Part shown: positions 23,949-37,019 of the stretch, in pieces
How positions within the stretch are numbered: position 1 is the first letter of the stretch
Layout of the letters: the number at the start of each line of letters is the position of its first letter
Source of the DNA: Tubulanus polymorphus
Taxonomy: Eukaryota > Animalia > Nemertea
DNA length: 64,000 nucleotides
Reading direction: 5' to 3'
Assembly: GCF_964204645.1 (NCBI RefSeq)
Contig: NC_134025.1
Span: 29,492,299 to 29,556,298, forward strand
Made by a program: the position numbers and the translations under genes
The notes under the pieces: generated by a model
What the model was told of the DNA's origin: nothing
The model's input: only the letters and a program-made list of their open reading frames with translations
Database searches by the model: none

Positions 23949-24168
23949 GGCTAAACAAAAATGATACCTTGTTTCTCCGCAGCGGCCGGGTCATTTTTGT
24001 AAAATATGATAAAATTTGTAAACAGTTCATTTCTATAGCGGCCGGGTCTGTTATGGTAAAATTGATCACGATTTTAAAAAAAGTAATGTATAGGGTAGAT
24101 AGGCGGCCGGCCGGGTCAACATTTAAGCTCAGCAGAGCGGAGAAACAAGGTATCAATTTTTTTTAGCC
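23949..24168. mobile_element. 220-bp MITE, PIF/Harbinger (Tourist-like), copy 1
   Basis: ~32-bp TIRs GGCTAAACAAAAATGATACCTTGTTTCTCCGC / GCGGAGAAACAAGGTATCAATTTTTTTTAGCC, flanked on both sides by TAA (3-bp TSD); near-identical copy at 48254-48473. Confidence 0.85.
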
Positions 24169-24339
24169 TAACTATATTCCGGTCGATGTGAAGGCACCAA
24201 AAGAAAGTATTCTAGAATCAGTAGACACTAGTTGAAACGATACGTTAGTAAAAGGGTTACAGGGCCCAGTTGAACTGGAGATATAGAGACAGGTTTAATA
24301 CAGGTTCTCGTGAATAATATGCTTTTTCGTCATAGTTTT

Positions 24340-27300
24340 TCAAGCTTTTGTCCAAGCGTCCGTGGATTCATCTTTCAGCGATGCTGTGTGCTTGTTGTGA
24401 TTTATCAACGGCCATTTCAGCATCCACGGTCCCGATATGGTCGTATCAAATTCTTCTTCGTCCTGCAAACCGAAAACAATGTACTTAACATATATAGTAC
24501 TGATGATATCTCATTAAAAACCGGCAAAAACAAGAGGCCAATAATTGGATAGATAACGAATGATACAATTAGTTTAATCAGGCGAGTTGTATAACAGCTG
24601 ATGACAGCTGAAACTATTGGGGAAAAATCCAATCAAACAGAGCGAAATATTTCAGATATCAATCTACACCCCTACACCCCCCCCCCTTTCCCCCACAGAC
24701 ATTACTTTATTAACATTCTTACAATCTTTCAACGTTCACACTTCACAGTAATTCACCCTAGATTTATTTTTTTTCATTGAGTAAGAATGACAAACACAAG
24801 ACATTAAACATTTTATCAGCAAATTTTCAAAAATTTATTGTCCACACTTTATGTTATAATGTCTGAATGGAGTATTCCTGACTGGAAAAGGTTACTCCAG
24901 GCTTAAGGGAGTGATTTCAGGCTGCAATAAGTGGCTCCAGGCTGAAGGGGGCTGGCTCCAGTGTGAATGGGTGGTTCCGGGCTGGGGGTGGTTCTAGGCT
25001 GCAGAGTGATGCCTACGTGAGTAAAACTTACATGATTGACAGCCTTTGCTTGTGCCAAATTTCTGTCCACGGAACAGAATGTTTCCCAATCAATGTCTGG
25101 TTTCGGGTTGTCTTTAGTTCTCATCGTGACACCTTTCTTGACGCCAAAAAATCCAAATGGTTTGTCTGGATTCTGCCAACGCAAGTCAAGACTCCAACGA
25201 ATTTTATTAGATTTATTCGGCAAACTGAAAATAATGAATTAATCAGTGGAAATATAACTGAAACAAAATATATTTCAACATCACTGAATATAATGCAGAT
25301 ATCCATCTACAGGCCTGAATCACACCCCTTCCGAGATTCACTCTATTACTGTCACTATTTGAAAGCATGCCGATAGAATGTCCATCTGATGTTTGTTGAT
25401 CATTTCCAATAGATTTATAGAAAATATCTTCACGGTAAAAAGTTGGAAGAATGTTGCTAAAGACATTGAATATCTGAGAGGGAATAGGGTCCAGGGTGTT
25501 CAAAGTACAAGTTCCAGGCTGCAAATGGTTACCTAACGTAAGCTGAAGGTGTTGTAAAGTGAGAATGTTTACCTCTGATGGGGAATCATATTGTTGAACA
25601 AGAGGAAACTGCCGTAATTGATGGGTAAAGTGAAAATATCTTTATCTAAATCGACGCCTGAATTAGAAAAACATAAAACAGACAAAATTGATTAGAAAAG
25701 ATTTATTTTTCATAAGGATTTACCTGAATTGTCAGATCAATTTTCGCTATTGTGGGTCTTTTAGAAATAAACTCGATAGAATTCTCTGAATTGATTTTTT
25801 AGATAGAGATTGATAAATAGAGATATAGATTACCCAAATCGTTCTTCATATCTTCTTCATCCAGCATGACGTACCAGGTCGGACCGGCGCAACATGAATG
25901 TCTGGCTACCTTACCCGATTTATGCCCATTCATCACCATCTAAGCACAACACAAACAATCAGTGTTAATCAATTGAAAATCTTCACAAAATGAATCACAG
26001 TTAGCTTAAGGTTCCTTCATGAAGTATTCACAAATATTCACGTAGAGGGCAGTAATTCTCAGTGTATAGAATTTTGTATATTTCATGAATGGACTCTCGA
26101 TCTTAAAACGTTTAAACATCCGGTTTAGGCTTTTTATACTGTGAATAGGAGTAATGCTAGTGAATGGGAAATCTATCTACCTGTAAACAGCCATTTTCAT
26201 CATTAGCATCAATTAGAGGAATCCAAGCAGTTGGAGTCAGTGTAGTGTATGAATCCGTGTCCAAATATGCTGAATCTACAAATATAACACACAATGGATG
26301 ACTCAGAGGAATAAGTCATTAGTTCCAAGTTTCAAATACGATCTCAAACTTTTATGAATTTGTCAGGCCCATATTCAGGGGGGAGTTTGGGCAACCCCCC
26401 ACTGTTTGCCCATTTCGAGTTGTAGGTCAGGGAAAGTTTGGTCCGCGTCAAACAGGTACCATTTGGCACCAGCATGAATGTCCCCAGGTCTAATCGGGCA
26501 CTGACAAAATTTTGCCCGAGTCAAAAACATCAGATCAGTTTTTATAAAGATACCTTGATGCCAGGGTACAGTAGTGGCGATACTTCCGGGCGTTTTAGTT
26601 CGTAGATTCCACACTGGATGACCGGCGATATCGGGACCAATCAGCTGTTCGACGATATTCAGCAACCGTTCGTCGGACCACAGATCGCGGAATGACTGGA
26701 AATCAGAACGGAGAAAAATTTTTACCCACCTCTAAAACAGCAGTGTTAGATCTAGATAACAGAATATTTACAGTACTACAGTCCATGGCTTCTAACTAGT
26801 TAGTTACCTAATCACTGGTGGTAAGCTTCTTATAATCGGATGGGCTTATACCAACGGTATATATATGTGGTTTGTGAAAATATCCGATCGTGAAACTAAA
26901 CCACAGACAGGTTACTGACTAGGGCTTCTAACATGCTTGAAGAACCAACGGATATAGACTCGTATATAAATAATGAAGGGGTCTGAACTCTTTACCTGGG
27001 GTAAGATGCCACCTTTATGTAGGATGACATTGGCGCCAGGAAATTCTTTTTCAATCTCAGTCAATCTGTAGTAAAATCCCAAATCTTCGTATAAATCTAC
27101 AACGAGGAGAGGTTTAACAGCATTTCAACAACCGCGCAATCTAAAAACTTCAACAACAATCATTCAGTCAACGATGAATTCATACTTTTAATTTTTCCCG
27201 CATTGTAAAGTTTCTTCGCCAGGTCGTCGACTAATTTATCGATATCGCGACAACAAGCGTCAAGTTGATCCTTCGTGAAGAAGTTCTCAACCACGATACA

Positions 27301-27612
27301 ACCCTGTAATTCAGTACGGTAGAACGCAAATGAAATAGAGAATTAATATATTTTCTTTAAGAATTGATTTTCGAGGTAAATTCCGTACATTGATAATTAG
27401 CCTATACAAGATATCTCACCTATAGGCCCCTAATACTTAATAGGCTATATATAAAGTTTTCTTTACCCAGTTTAAAAACGATTAGACATGCATACCTTAT
27501 CGAAAAACTGTTGAATTTTTTCTAGAGGTAGTTGTCCTGGTTTGGGCTCGGGTTGAGGAGGTAGAGTTGAGAACACTAGTGGATCACAGGGTACGTCTTT
27601 GGTTGGAGCCAT
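24340..27612 (-). CDS. Phytanoyl-CoA dioxygenase (PhyH) family Fe(II)/2-oxoglutarate dioxygenase, PHYHD1-like, ~9 exons
   Basis: Spliced product: MAPTKDVPCDP...QFFDK|GCIVVENFF...EQLIGPDIAGHPVWNLRTK...VPWHQ|DSAY...TAWIPLIDANDENGCLQ...FLLFNNMIPHR|S...KIRWSLDLRWQ...TISGPW...AWTKA*. The HxD...H facial triad and the conserved Arg are present. Confidence 0.9.
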
Positions 27613-28635
27613 GTTTTGTTTCTGAAGTTCCACCTAAGCCTACGTGATTTCTGTCAGGTCAGCTATATCAACAATCAAAAAGACGGATCACATGATAACG
27701 AGGAGAGCTTTTTATCTTGAACTGACCTGTTGAGAGAGTTTTGAGTTGAGAATACTATTATCTGATAATACCGACCGGTACCAGTTTTTCCTGCGCAATA
27801 ATAATGCACGCACTTTGTTAGTAAATTTGAAGAAACGATCAAAATAACGGTGTTAGGCTATGATAAATATCTATGTGTATATAGGGTATGTGTTGTTATA
27901 CCTGAGAAAATGTTGTTTGATTTTTCTTCGCAGTTTCTTTATTGAGCTAAATAAATTAAATTTGAATTGAGAATTTAAAAAGGCTGGCTCCAAGTATATT
28001 ATAGCTCCAAGATAATGGTGCGTGTACTGAGTAAAACAGGGAACATGACTCGCGGTCCGGATGTGGTAGTCGAAGGATTTAATTGGCCGGTCTGACAATG
28101 GGGGTCCATTTTACTTACAACCCTAAGTCTTTTGGATTTTGATTGTTTTCTTCAAGCTATAGGACTTACTTTGGCCTCCTTAGTCCCCCAGTCTGGAAGT
28201 GCGTCTAGATCGGCGCAGTTGGAGAATCAGGAAGCCGGGCGAAGCCGCGGGACCCGCAGTCCGCCCAATAATAATATGGCAACTGTGGCTTCCAATGTCA
28301 GAATCACGAAAATGGGAAATATAATCATACATTTGAAGCAAGCAATGTGACTGAATGCAACAGTAATAATCATATACATCACAGTTCACCGTATTTATCG
28401 CAAATTATCTTGGTACCAGTGGTTCGTGTGCGGCGTAATAGTGTAGAGTAATTGGCATCCTGGGCGGTGGCGGTGATAGATACGGAAGATTCTCGGTAGT
28501 GAGAACAATATGGTAATCATATACTGTATCAAAGCAAGCGGAGCAAACGCCTGAAGATCGGAACATTGTTGCATTCGAACACAGCCAGTCAGTCGACCCG
28601 GCCATCTCCACCAGATTTCGCCGAATATAACAACG

Positions 28636-29676
28636 ATGTCATCATATAAAGTGTTCGTAAATCGAACGCAAATTTGCTGCGGTAATTTCTGTGATGGATC
28701 GGGTAGATACACGTACGGTACCATAATGACATTAGCCCGTATCGTGTTATATGCAATCGGTATAATCGCCAATTGTCTGGCATTCATAGTTCTCCGTCTG
28801 ATGAAAATAAAAGGAAGCAGTATCATGTATCTGAAGGTGCTCGCTATAGCTGATACTGTAAACTGTTTAACTGCGCTGTTCGGGCGCGAATTGATGGTTA
28901 TTGCGAAGAGCTTCCCGTTTGAATATATTCGCTACGATCACATCTACCAACAGTATTTCCACCATTTGTATCTGTATGTAGATGTAATATATCAGATGAC
29001 CACGACTACGAGTCCGTGGCTGCTTTTTGCATTAAGTATCGATCGTTATATGGCCATTAGATATCCTCTGTTTGCCAGACGTGTATGTACAATTGAAAAT
29101 GCATGTCGCGTTTCTATTGCGACCTGGATTCTAACTCTCATTTTCGATATTCCGACACTTTGGGACCTGGAGACATATGTAGTAATGCCCAATAACCCGT
29201 GTACATATGTCGAAAAGAGAAGATTGCTGCTTCTCGATAAGAACTATGCAATGTATTACGATTTTATATTCGGTAAAGTTGTGCTTAAGTTCATTCCGGG
29301 TCTAGTTGTTGTCGTTTGCAACCTGCATATGTTTATGTTGGTTCGAGCGGCGGCTCGTACGCGTCAGAAACTTCAACATGTCGATACGGAAAATGATGAT
29401 TCTACAAATAGTAAACAAGGTCGACAAATTACTCTCACGATACTCGCTTTAAACATTATATTTATGGTTGAATATATAATAGCTTTAATGAACACATTTC
29501 TATCAGCGGTTTTGCCGGCAAGTGAACTTAAAAGATATAGGCCTTATCATTCGGGTCAGTTGCTACACGCTGTTAATTCTATGATTAATCTATTCGTTTA
29601 TTTGTGTATTCGAAGAGGTTTTGGAGAAACGCTTCTCTGGTTTTTGAGCTGCCATCGCTTTGGAAAACAGGCGTAG
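28636..29676 (+). CDS. Intronless class A (rhodopsin-like) GPCR, FMRFamide-receptor-like/orphan
   Basis: 346-aa ORF with 7 hydrophobic segments: TM1 GIIAN, TM2 LAIAD, TM3 SIDRYMAIRYPL, TM5 KFIPG, TM7 NSMINLFVY. Confidence 0.92.
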   Translation: MSSYKVFVNRTQICCGNFCDGSGRYTYGTIMTLARIVLYAIGIIANCLAFIVLRLMKIKGSSIMYLKVLAIADTVNCLTALFGRELMVIAKSFPFEYIRYDHIYQQYFHHLYLYVDVIYQMTTTTSPWLLFALSIDRYMAIRYPLFARRVCTIENACRVSIATWILTLIFDIPTLWDLETYVVMPNNPCTYVEKRRLLLLDKNYAMYYDFIFGKVVLKFIPGLVVVVCNLHMFMLVRAAARTRQKLQHVDTENDDSTNSKQGRQITLTILALNIIFMVEYIIALMNTFLSAVLPASELKRYRPYHSGQLLHAVNSMINLFVYLCIRRGFGETLLWFLSCHRFGKQA

Positions 29677-30303
29677 ACTGCCGGCAGATATTTCAAAGTT
29701 GCTAGTAAACAATTGGCTACACTTGCCTATGAAATGTGGATCGCAGTACTAGAATGATGCAGAAATTAGTTGGGAGAGAACGGGGAACCCTGTAGACAAA
29801 GACATTGCAGTTAAATCTAGAAATAAACCTGAATGAATACTGCAATTACTTTTTTTCGCAGTTAGAGTCATATGGGGTCGGTTAAGCCAATTCAATTCAT
29901 TGAGTTTGGGGCGAAGAGACGGTGAGTCAATCCAGCCGCCGACCGCGATTGCCGGGCCACACCGCCCCGGGCCGCCGGGATCGGCGAGATTCGGACCTCT
30001 GCGAGAACTGCTCGCACCGTAAGTAAAAAGTGATCGAGTCGCATTTCTTATTTTTGTGTCGCTGGCACTCGCAGGTGCGTTGGTCAACGAGTCTTTGCGG
30101 ATGCAATCGTCGCTGGTGTCGCAGATAATCGTATCCGATGGCCGGCTCGCCGCACCGAGTCTGGCCGTCGCAAGGCCAATCCCCGTTTTATTCATTACCC
30201 AATTTAGTAAGACACACTCCAATAATATGGTAGGAATCAGATCCTGGTGCATCTCGTATCAATTCAAATTATTTTATTTACGCCGAACGTATCTCTCACT
30301 AAA

Positions 30304-33000
30304 ATGGCAGTAATTGACAAATTTGCGTATTCTAGCAAAGATTTTCTATTATCTAGCGTTTGTGATGATCACAAAAACTGTAATAAAACTAAGGTGGGTT
30401 TGTGAATTTATTAAAACACGGTTAAAAAACACGATTGAACTATGAAAAAATGTTACACGCAATTCAATTCAATAATTATTATATTGTGTCATTATAACGG
30501 TTTATGTCGGCTTCTCTTACAACACACATGGGGCATCTAGATTTAGCATGAGAATCTACTACTATGAAGTTTAGCAAATCCACTACTTCCAGTACATCTA
30601 CAAAAAATTTTGGGGTCCTAATTGCGGTGTCCTTCTTTTGAAAAATTGATAATATCCCCATCCTGGCCTGGGCCAGATTTAACATAAGACAAAAACCAGT
30701 ATGTTAGACAGCTGGAAGAAGGTGACTCCCAAGAATTTGTGCAGAGTTCGAGGGAGTGCAGCAGAAATACTCGCATCAGTATTTAAATAGTCTGAATACC
30801 AGTCGTTGTTCTGGGTTTCCTCAGTGTTGTGGGAACGATGGCTAGGTACTAGACTAAGTCAGTATTATGACCTATTTATTTTAATTTTCTAGTTGGAAGT
30901 GATGTTGTGTGATGGATGGGATGAAGGTATGAAGCAAGGATACTTCAGATATGAGTTGAATGATGTGCAATCAAGACTCATTCCTGGGGAAAGAAAATAT
31001 ATTGTTCAGGTAATCATGAGTCAGTTTGCTACAACTGGAAGTTTTTACTCTGAAGCAAAATCAAACCAATCTAACTGTAAGAGTTTAAAGTCAAATTTAT
31101 CCAAGAATGCTTGAATCCGGGTCCAGAAACGTCATGAACTAGAGACTTGACTTCGGTTTCTGAACTCTTTTTGCTTTGTTATTTTTAGTTTAATAACAAG
31201 CGGTTTGTGGAACGCCGTAAACCACAGATGATAACACATCTCCGAGAACCATTTCAGCCAGATAAATTCAACTTCACCAAGGTGAAGAATACCGAAATAT
31301 TATTTCAATTGACACCTCATCATTCCAATGATTCTATAGATATTAATGAAGTGAGTTATTGATTGAATCAAGGTTTACTCTGCTGTAACTGGTACCTGGT
31401 ATTTTAACTGCTGATTCTCTTTACAGGAACAAACATTAATGATGATCAACGTGAGTCCAATAGAATATGGTCATGTTTTATTGGTACCTAATATACAACA
31501 GCATCTAAACCAGGTATTCCCTCGATTTGGAAGTTCTGGTTATCTTATCAAACATGATATTTGATAACTTCTTTTTTTCTATACAATAGGTCCTCACTGA
31601 ACAAGCTATTAAATATGGTATAGAACTGATGTTGTTAACTATCTCAAGGTAAGTCATTACAGTGGAAGCTCGTGAAAACGAACTTCAGGGGACAAGAAAA
31701 TCTGTTTGTTAAGAGAGTTCCTTATACAGTGAAACCTCGTTACAGCAAACTTCAGGGCACCTGAAAATCTGTGTGTTTTAACTGTATAGTTCTATTGGAA
31801 CCTAGTTACAATGAACTTCAGGGGACCAGAAAATCTGTTTCATCCAGTATGAAATTATCATAGTTTTCCTATTTGGAACAAATTTCTCGGTTTGTAATAA
31901 GTAACTGACAAATCTGTGTATGCGAACTCATTATAACAAGGTTCCATCGTATCCCTTCAAGGAATCTGTAAATGATGAAACTAACGAATTAAGCAAATAA
32001 TGTTTCTCAAATTTTCAGAGAGTTTCGAGTTGGTTTTAACAGTCTTTGCGCTCACGCATCTGTTAATCATTTACATTTACATGGATGGTACGTACAGTGG
32101 CAGTTACCAACTGAGACCTGTGTAAGTTTCTACAACTGAAATGAACTTAGGGGCGGTCCAGAAAAGAAACCCTGATATCCCCCCTAGATCCGCCCCTGCC
32201 ACTACTCACTTCATAACAAAATCTTCATTTCAGAAAGCGGATAGAATATGCGAAGACTGTTTTGAATTGAGGGATAGTTTAGTTCGTGGTTTTGCTTTCG
32301 AAGTGATGGATCTCAATAACATAGACAATCTCAGCAGGTTAGAGGAAACAATCTGAACCAGTTAGACACAGTTTTCGGTGTCATTCGGAACTAGTTTTAA
32401 AGATTCTGGGTCCAGTTATATACAACAATGGTCATTAATCGTGAGACCTATCTAAAGCAATACGGTGTTGTTAAATCTAAGCCCTAATAATGAACATGTG
32501 CTTTTACCAACTCTTTCCGCAGGAAAATATTTCAAATCACGGAATATTTCAGCGATAATGAAGTCGCTCACAACATGTATCTAACTCGAGGTGATTCATT
32601 CTCTGATAGTTCAGTGCATGGTATAGTACGTATTCTTCTATGGCCTCGACAGTCAGTCTTCGGTAAGACATTATTATTCGTTATCACACCAGACACGTTC
32701 ATCGGAACCGAATTCATGTTGAACTTCTTTTTAATTCAGAGATGAAAGAAGAAAATCTATTCAATATTGCCGTCGCCGAGCTATCGGGCTATTTGCCTAT
32801 AAGAGGTAAAGTAGCATACTGGATTTTGTTTTAGATCGATAAAGATTTTCTTCATCATCGTTTTTCTGTCCATTTCAGATTTAGACGGATTTAAGAATAT
32901 CACAGAAAAAGAAATCGATTCGGCAATAGAGGAAGCATCTTTAAGTAAAGAGCAATTCGATTCTATAAAAACTGATATTATTAAGTTAATTGGACACTGA
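30304..33000 (+). CDS. GDPGP1: GDP-D-glucose phosphorylase 1 (VTC2/GDPGP1 HIT-like family), ~10 exons
   Basis: Spliced product contains [53 protein letters not shown] (catalytic HLHxH), [15 protein letters not shown] and [12 protein letters not shown]; stop TGA at 32998-33000. Confidence 0.93.
31660..31949. mobile_element. Stacked pogo/Tigger-type (Tc1/mariner superfamily) MITE fragments in a GDPGP1 intron
   Basis: Three tandem 5' ends resembling TA|CAGTGGAACCTCG...GAACTTCAGGGGACCAGAAAATCTG and one 3' end AAGGTTCCATCG|TA; same family as 34248-34374. Confidence 0.6.
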
Positions 33001-33469
33001 TTTGGAAGTCATTAAAATAAGGAGTTAATAATCTATTCAGGCCTTTCTACAGCCTATATCCTACAGACTTATACATTCACTTTAGTTTCTTCCGTCCTGT
33101 GTAGTTTGCAGTCGTCTTGATAAATTCAATCACGGAACGTTCATAAAGTATGTATGGAAGATTTCACTTATTTTTGCAATTTTCTAATCTCCCTTCCTCG
33201 TGGATGCTTAAAGTACTTTGATGATAGATCCCGTGCTTTGTTTTTCATTAGTGAATTGTCTAAGGGTGCTTTGAACAGAGCCTGTATGTTTGAAAATAAA
33301 GTATGCTTTAATAATGCACATGTGTTACTTATGTCGTTGTTAAAATTTGAAGCTCTACATGAGACAGTAATAAAGTTGAAAGACTACCTTTAAGAAAAAT
33401 GTTTGTTCGTATTATATTCATAAACTTTTACAAGTAATAAAGTGACGTTACAGAGATATATTGCACAGC

Positions 33470-36258
33470 TTAGATTAATCCTCCTGTTATCGATGTTTTC
33501 TGAAATTCTGCAATGTACTCCAAAATATAAGACCTGAAATGAATAAATACATATTTGCGCTTTGAGCTTAGATATGAATTCAAAAAGATTTGACTTAAGC
33601 CGAGTCTACTGCCAGTATTTACCTCAATCGTTCAGCCATCTCAATACCGCTCCACCGTGGACTGTAGGGATAATGCTCTATCGTAACGCTGAATGGCTTC
33701 TGCTGATTTGACTCGTGATAAACTGATTGAAACGTCAGGGTCGGTTTCACTAGTGGAAAGTTTAATGCAATTTCAACTGAAATAGAGAAGAGCATATGAT
33801 ATCATGGTGGTAAAAGGGGCAACGGTCTTTAGAAAGTGCCCTTTCAAAAGACCCTGAGACCCCTTATTTGAAAAGTGCTTGCCCATTTAGAGTTCAGACT
33901 GCAGTGCATGTCTTGACATACCCCCAGAAATTTAAGAACTTACTGTGGATAATGAAGAAGAAATCATTCCATTCAAATAGAAATGAGATGCTTGTATATT
34001 TCTCGGCATCATATTCAATCACAGATCTACATTGAAGAAAACTTATGAAAAGTGACTTCACAAATGAAAAATTTCACGGAGTTTACTCTAAACAGGTCTG
34101 AAACTTACCTTTCGTAATGAGCCAGGAAAGCCGACACATATTCCACCCGTTTTTCATGATAACTAATAACTTGATTGACCTAGAAAATCAAACATTTCTC
34201 ATTCGATTCAAAAAGACTATAGCCTTAAATATTACGAATAGCAAATCCAGTGGAACCTCTTTACAAGGAATTCAGGGAAACCAGAAAATCTGTTCATTAT
34301 AATCGATGAAATTTCTAGGTTTGTAATAACCGATAACGCATTACATCCAAAGTCATCGTAACGAGGTGCCACTGTATTTCAAGATTGTTTGAAGCCTTTA
34401 CCTTGTTTTTGAGGAGTGTTATTAACTGTGATATATACTCGATCAGATGAGTACGGCTTTGAATGATAGGAATTTTCATTGAATTTGCACTACCGAGGAT
34501 ACTATAAGTAACGACAAAAACAATGATCATTTAACACTTACCGGGTTGATAGATAGAGATTATCCAGACCGGACTACCTGATATCTCTAATTATACACCG
34601 GACTACCTGATATCTCTAATTATACACCGGACTACCTGATATCTCTAAGTATAGACCAGACTACCTGATATCTCTAACTGTAGTAGTTTCCACCGAAAAA
34701 TGAGAGTAATTCTCCCTTATTTTTGGAACCTGCTTTCCTAGATCAACTACTGAATTATGAATACACCAAGTAAAATCTTACTTTTGAAGCCGTGGAGACA
34801 GAAACAACTGCGATGAAGGTTTATAACTATCAGGGGTTTGATAGGTTATCAATAAAACTGCCGTGTTTTCACCGGGATTTTCCTGGAATAAGAAATTGAC
34901 AATTCAACTATGACAACGAACGCAGTAACATTTTACTAACATGGGTCACATTTACGACGGAAGATGATCCGAGGGGTCTTACCAGACTTCCATATGAACC
35001 TCTTAATTTATTTGAAGGCACATTGTAGTCGAAAATTCTGGGAAAGGGTGTATTTTTTTGTCTTTCAAAAGTACACCTCCATGATGCCCAATTTTAATGA
35101 CTTTGCCCTAAAAAAAAGTTTCGTTCGACCCTGGATTCACCTGTATACTACAGAAGATACAATACCCTGATAAGATAAGGCGGGATATTTTCCAAATCGA
35201 TTTCCAGCTTCACCAATATGTTCACATTTCCGAATCTCTGAGAAATAATTAGAAATTCTATCGTTTTACATCGTAACATTTCAAATACTTTTCATTGTTA
35301 TCAAATATCGAACATGAAATCAGACCTCTTTTTTCTGTTGAACGTGAATTTCGATGTCTTCCTGTTTGAAACCAGAGTCTAGTAACGTAGTATATTCTGT
35401 ACGGATATGTGCACTTTGTCGAGCCAGTGATAGATGATACTCTTTATACTGTTTCAACACATCGACGACAAATTTCCGTAAAGCGAAACGATCTGAAGAA
35501 TCATACGACAGTAAACTCTGAAAGAGACAAATATTTCGATTTCTGTCAATCAACTGTCTGGAGTCCGTCCTGAAGCCTCCTGAAGTAGCTTGTCTGTCTG
35601 AGGGTGAAGGGTACAGACAGCAGCTTGTCTACCTGAAGGTGAATGGTCCAGACAGCAGTCCCCAGGTCAAAGTTAACACCAGTCTATAAAACCGGGCCCA
35701 GGACTGTAAAACACGTACCTGGCATTCATGTAAGTCCAGATGGAAATTCCTATCATCGGGACCAAATATAATATCCGGAGGTTTATTGGGACAGCAACAA
35801 TTGAATAGAATTTCCCCTGAAATGTAGATAATCACCCGAAATTTTAAAATTGAATTTAGCAGGTCTAGGCTCATCGGCTGGCAATGTCCACTTACAAGCA
35901 ATTAACTGTTTAGCGTAGGGTACAGCAATTTTAAATCTATCACCACAAGAATAATCAGTCAATGTAGGTGTACTGAAAATTCAAAAGAAAAATTAGATCC
36001 ATAAAGAGGTTATTGCGATGGTAAACAGACAAAAATCGAGCAAAAATCTGTACTCCGATACAGGGCAGGACTGGGACGGTCACTGGAGGACGAGACTGAG
36101 TGAGGAGAGAGTGGAGGGAGATGATTTGTTCAATCCTACCTCGATTTTATCTCTAAAATCCGTGGATTTTCTTTCATAACACCAATAAAACCGCATTTCT
36201 CTAGAGTCTTTACACATGGTGCTAACTGATCGTGAATTACACTGGCCATATCTTTCAT
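33470..36258 (-). CDS. BABAM2: BRISC and BRCA1-A complex member 2 (BRE/BRCC45)
   Basis: Spliced product MKDMASVIHDQLAP...CGDRFKIAVPYA...EILFNCCCPNKPPDIIFG...EYDAEKYTSISFLFEWNDF...YPYSPRWSGIEMAERLR|SYILEYIAEFQK...GGLI* matches recognisable BRE motifs. Confidence 0.92.
34248..34374. mobile_element. pogo/Tigger-type MITE in a BABAM2 intron
   Basis: TIRs CAGTGGAACCTC / GAGGTGCCACTG, followed by TA. Confidence 0.65.
34568..34678. repeat. Intronic minisatellite, ~4 x 29 bp
   Basis: ACCGGACTACCTGATATCTCTAATTATAC repeated. Confidence 0.9.
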
Positions 36259-36462
36259 TATTTCGACTCATAGACGAATAAAACCATTCAAATTCGAAAT
36301 AATGAATAAATAAATCAAAAATACTGAAACACTTCCGGGTTTTCAGGGAATTCCCGGCAGGTGGCGATGGGAAACACCTCCCTCGTATTCCCATAATAGT
36401 CAAAATCCAAACATTAACAATCTTGCCTAAAAAACGCAATTTATCGTTGAATTCTCAGAAAT
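36259..36462. promoter_or_regulatory. Bidirectional promoter region between BABAM2 and TMEM62-A
   Basis: The start codons are ~205 bp apart and divergent. The region contains an ETS-like ACTTCCGG (36332) and a CTCF-like CCGGCAGGTGGCGA (36354), both largely retained upstream of copy B (42553-42587). Confidence 0.7.
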
Positions 36463-36979
36463 ATGGCAATTTCTATCAGATATTGTATTGTTATCACAAT
36501 TATACTGATTATCTGTACATTTATTACCTATCTGTGTGACGAGATATCCGTTACGCAGTCATCATCAGGAGACCCAGGCCGCCAGGCGAAAACACCCCCG
36601 GCCCCTGTCCCTGATGATAGTTATGATAATCTCTTCTGGTTTGTTCAGGTAAACGATTTCATTCATCAAGGCTTCACTTTTATTGCGTATCAATCAATAA
36701 AAGGCAAAGCGCTAATTCAGGACCCCCAGCCCACCTTAATGTGATAAGTCTCAACAATTCAATCAATCTCAACTTCATGGAATCATCTTAGTCTCGTACT
36801 AATTGATCCAGATCTATTTCTATGATGTTTTATTTCTTATCGTTATTACAGATTACTGACCTTCACATAAGTCGTTTCAATGATCCTGGCAAAAAGATGC
36901 TTTTAAAAGATTTCTGTCAAAAGGATTTAGCGTTGATAAACCCCGATGTTACTCTAGTAACTGGTAAGTCTGGTACTGA

Positions 36980-37019
<40 letters not shown>

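Noticed and set aside
23879-24166. 95-aa and 88-aa ORFs (and 48274-48471)
   Set aside because: They lie within the non-coding 220-bp MITE; no transposase motifs.
29749-30313. 167-aa minus ORF and GC-rich patch between the GPCR and GDPGP1
   Set aside because: No recognisable motifs or splice context; more likely promoter or repeat-derived sequence.
36080-36439. 119-aa ORF as the BABAM2 N-terminus
   Set aside because: Wrong frame; the BRE-like N-terminus is in another frame, starting at ATG 36258.
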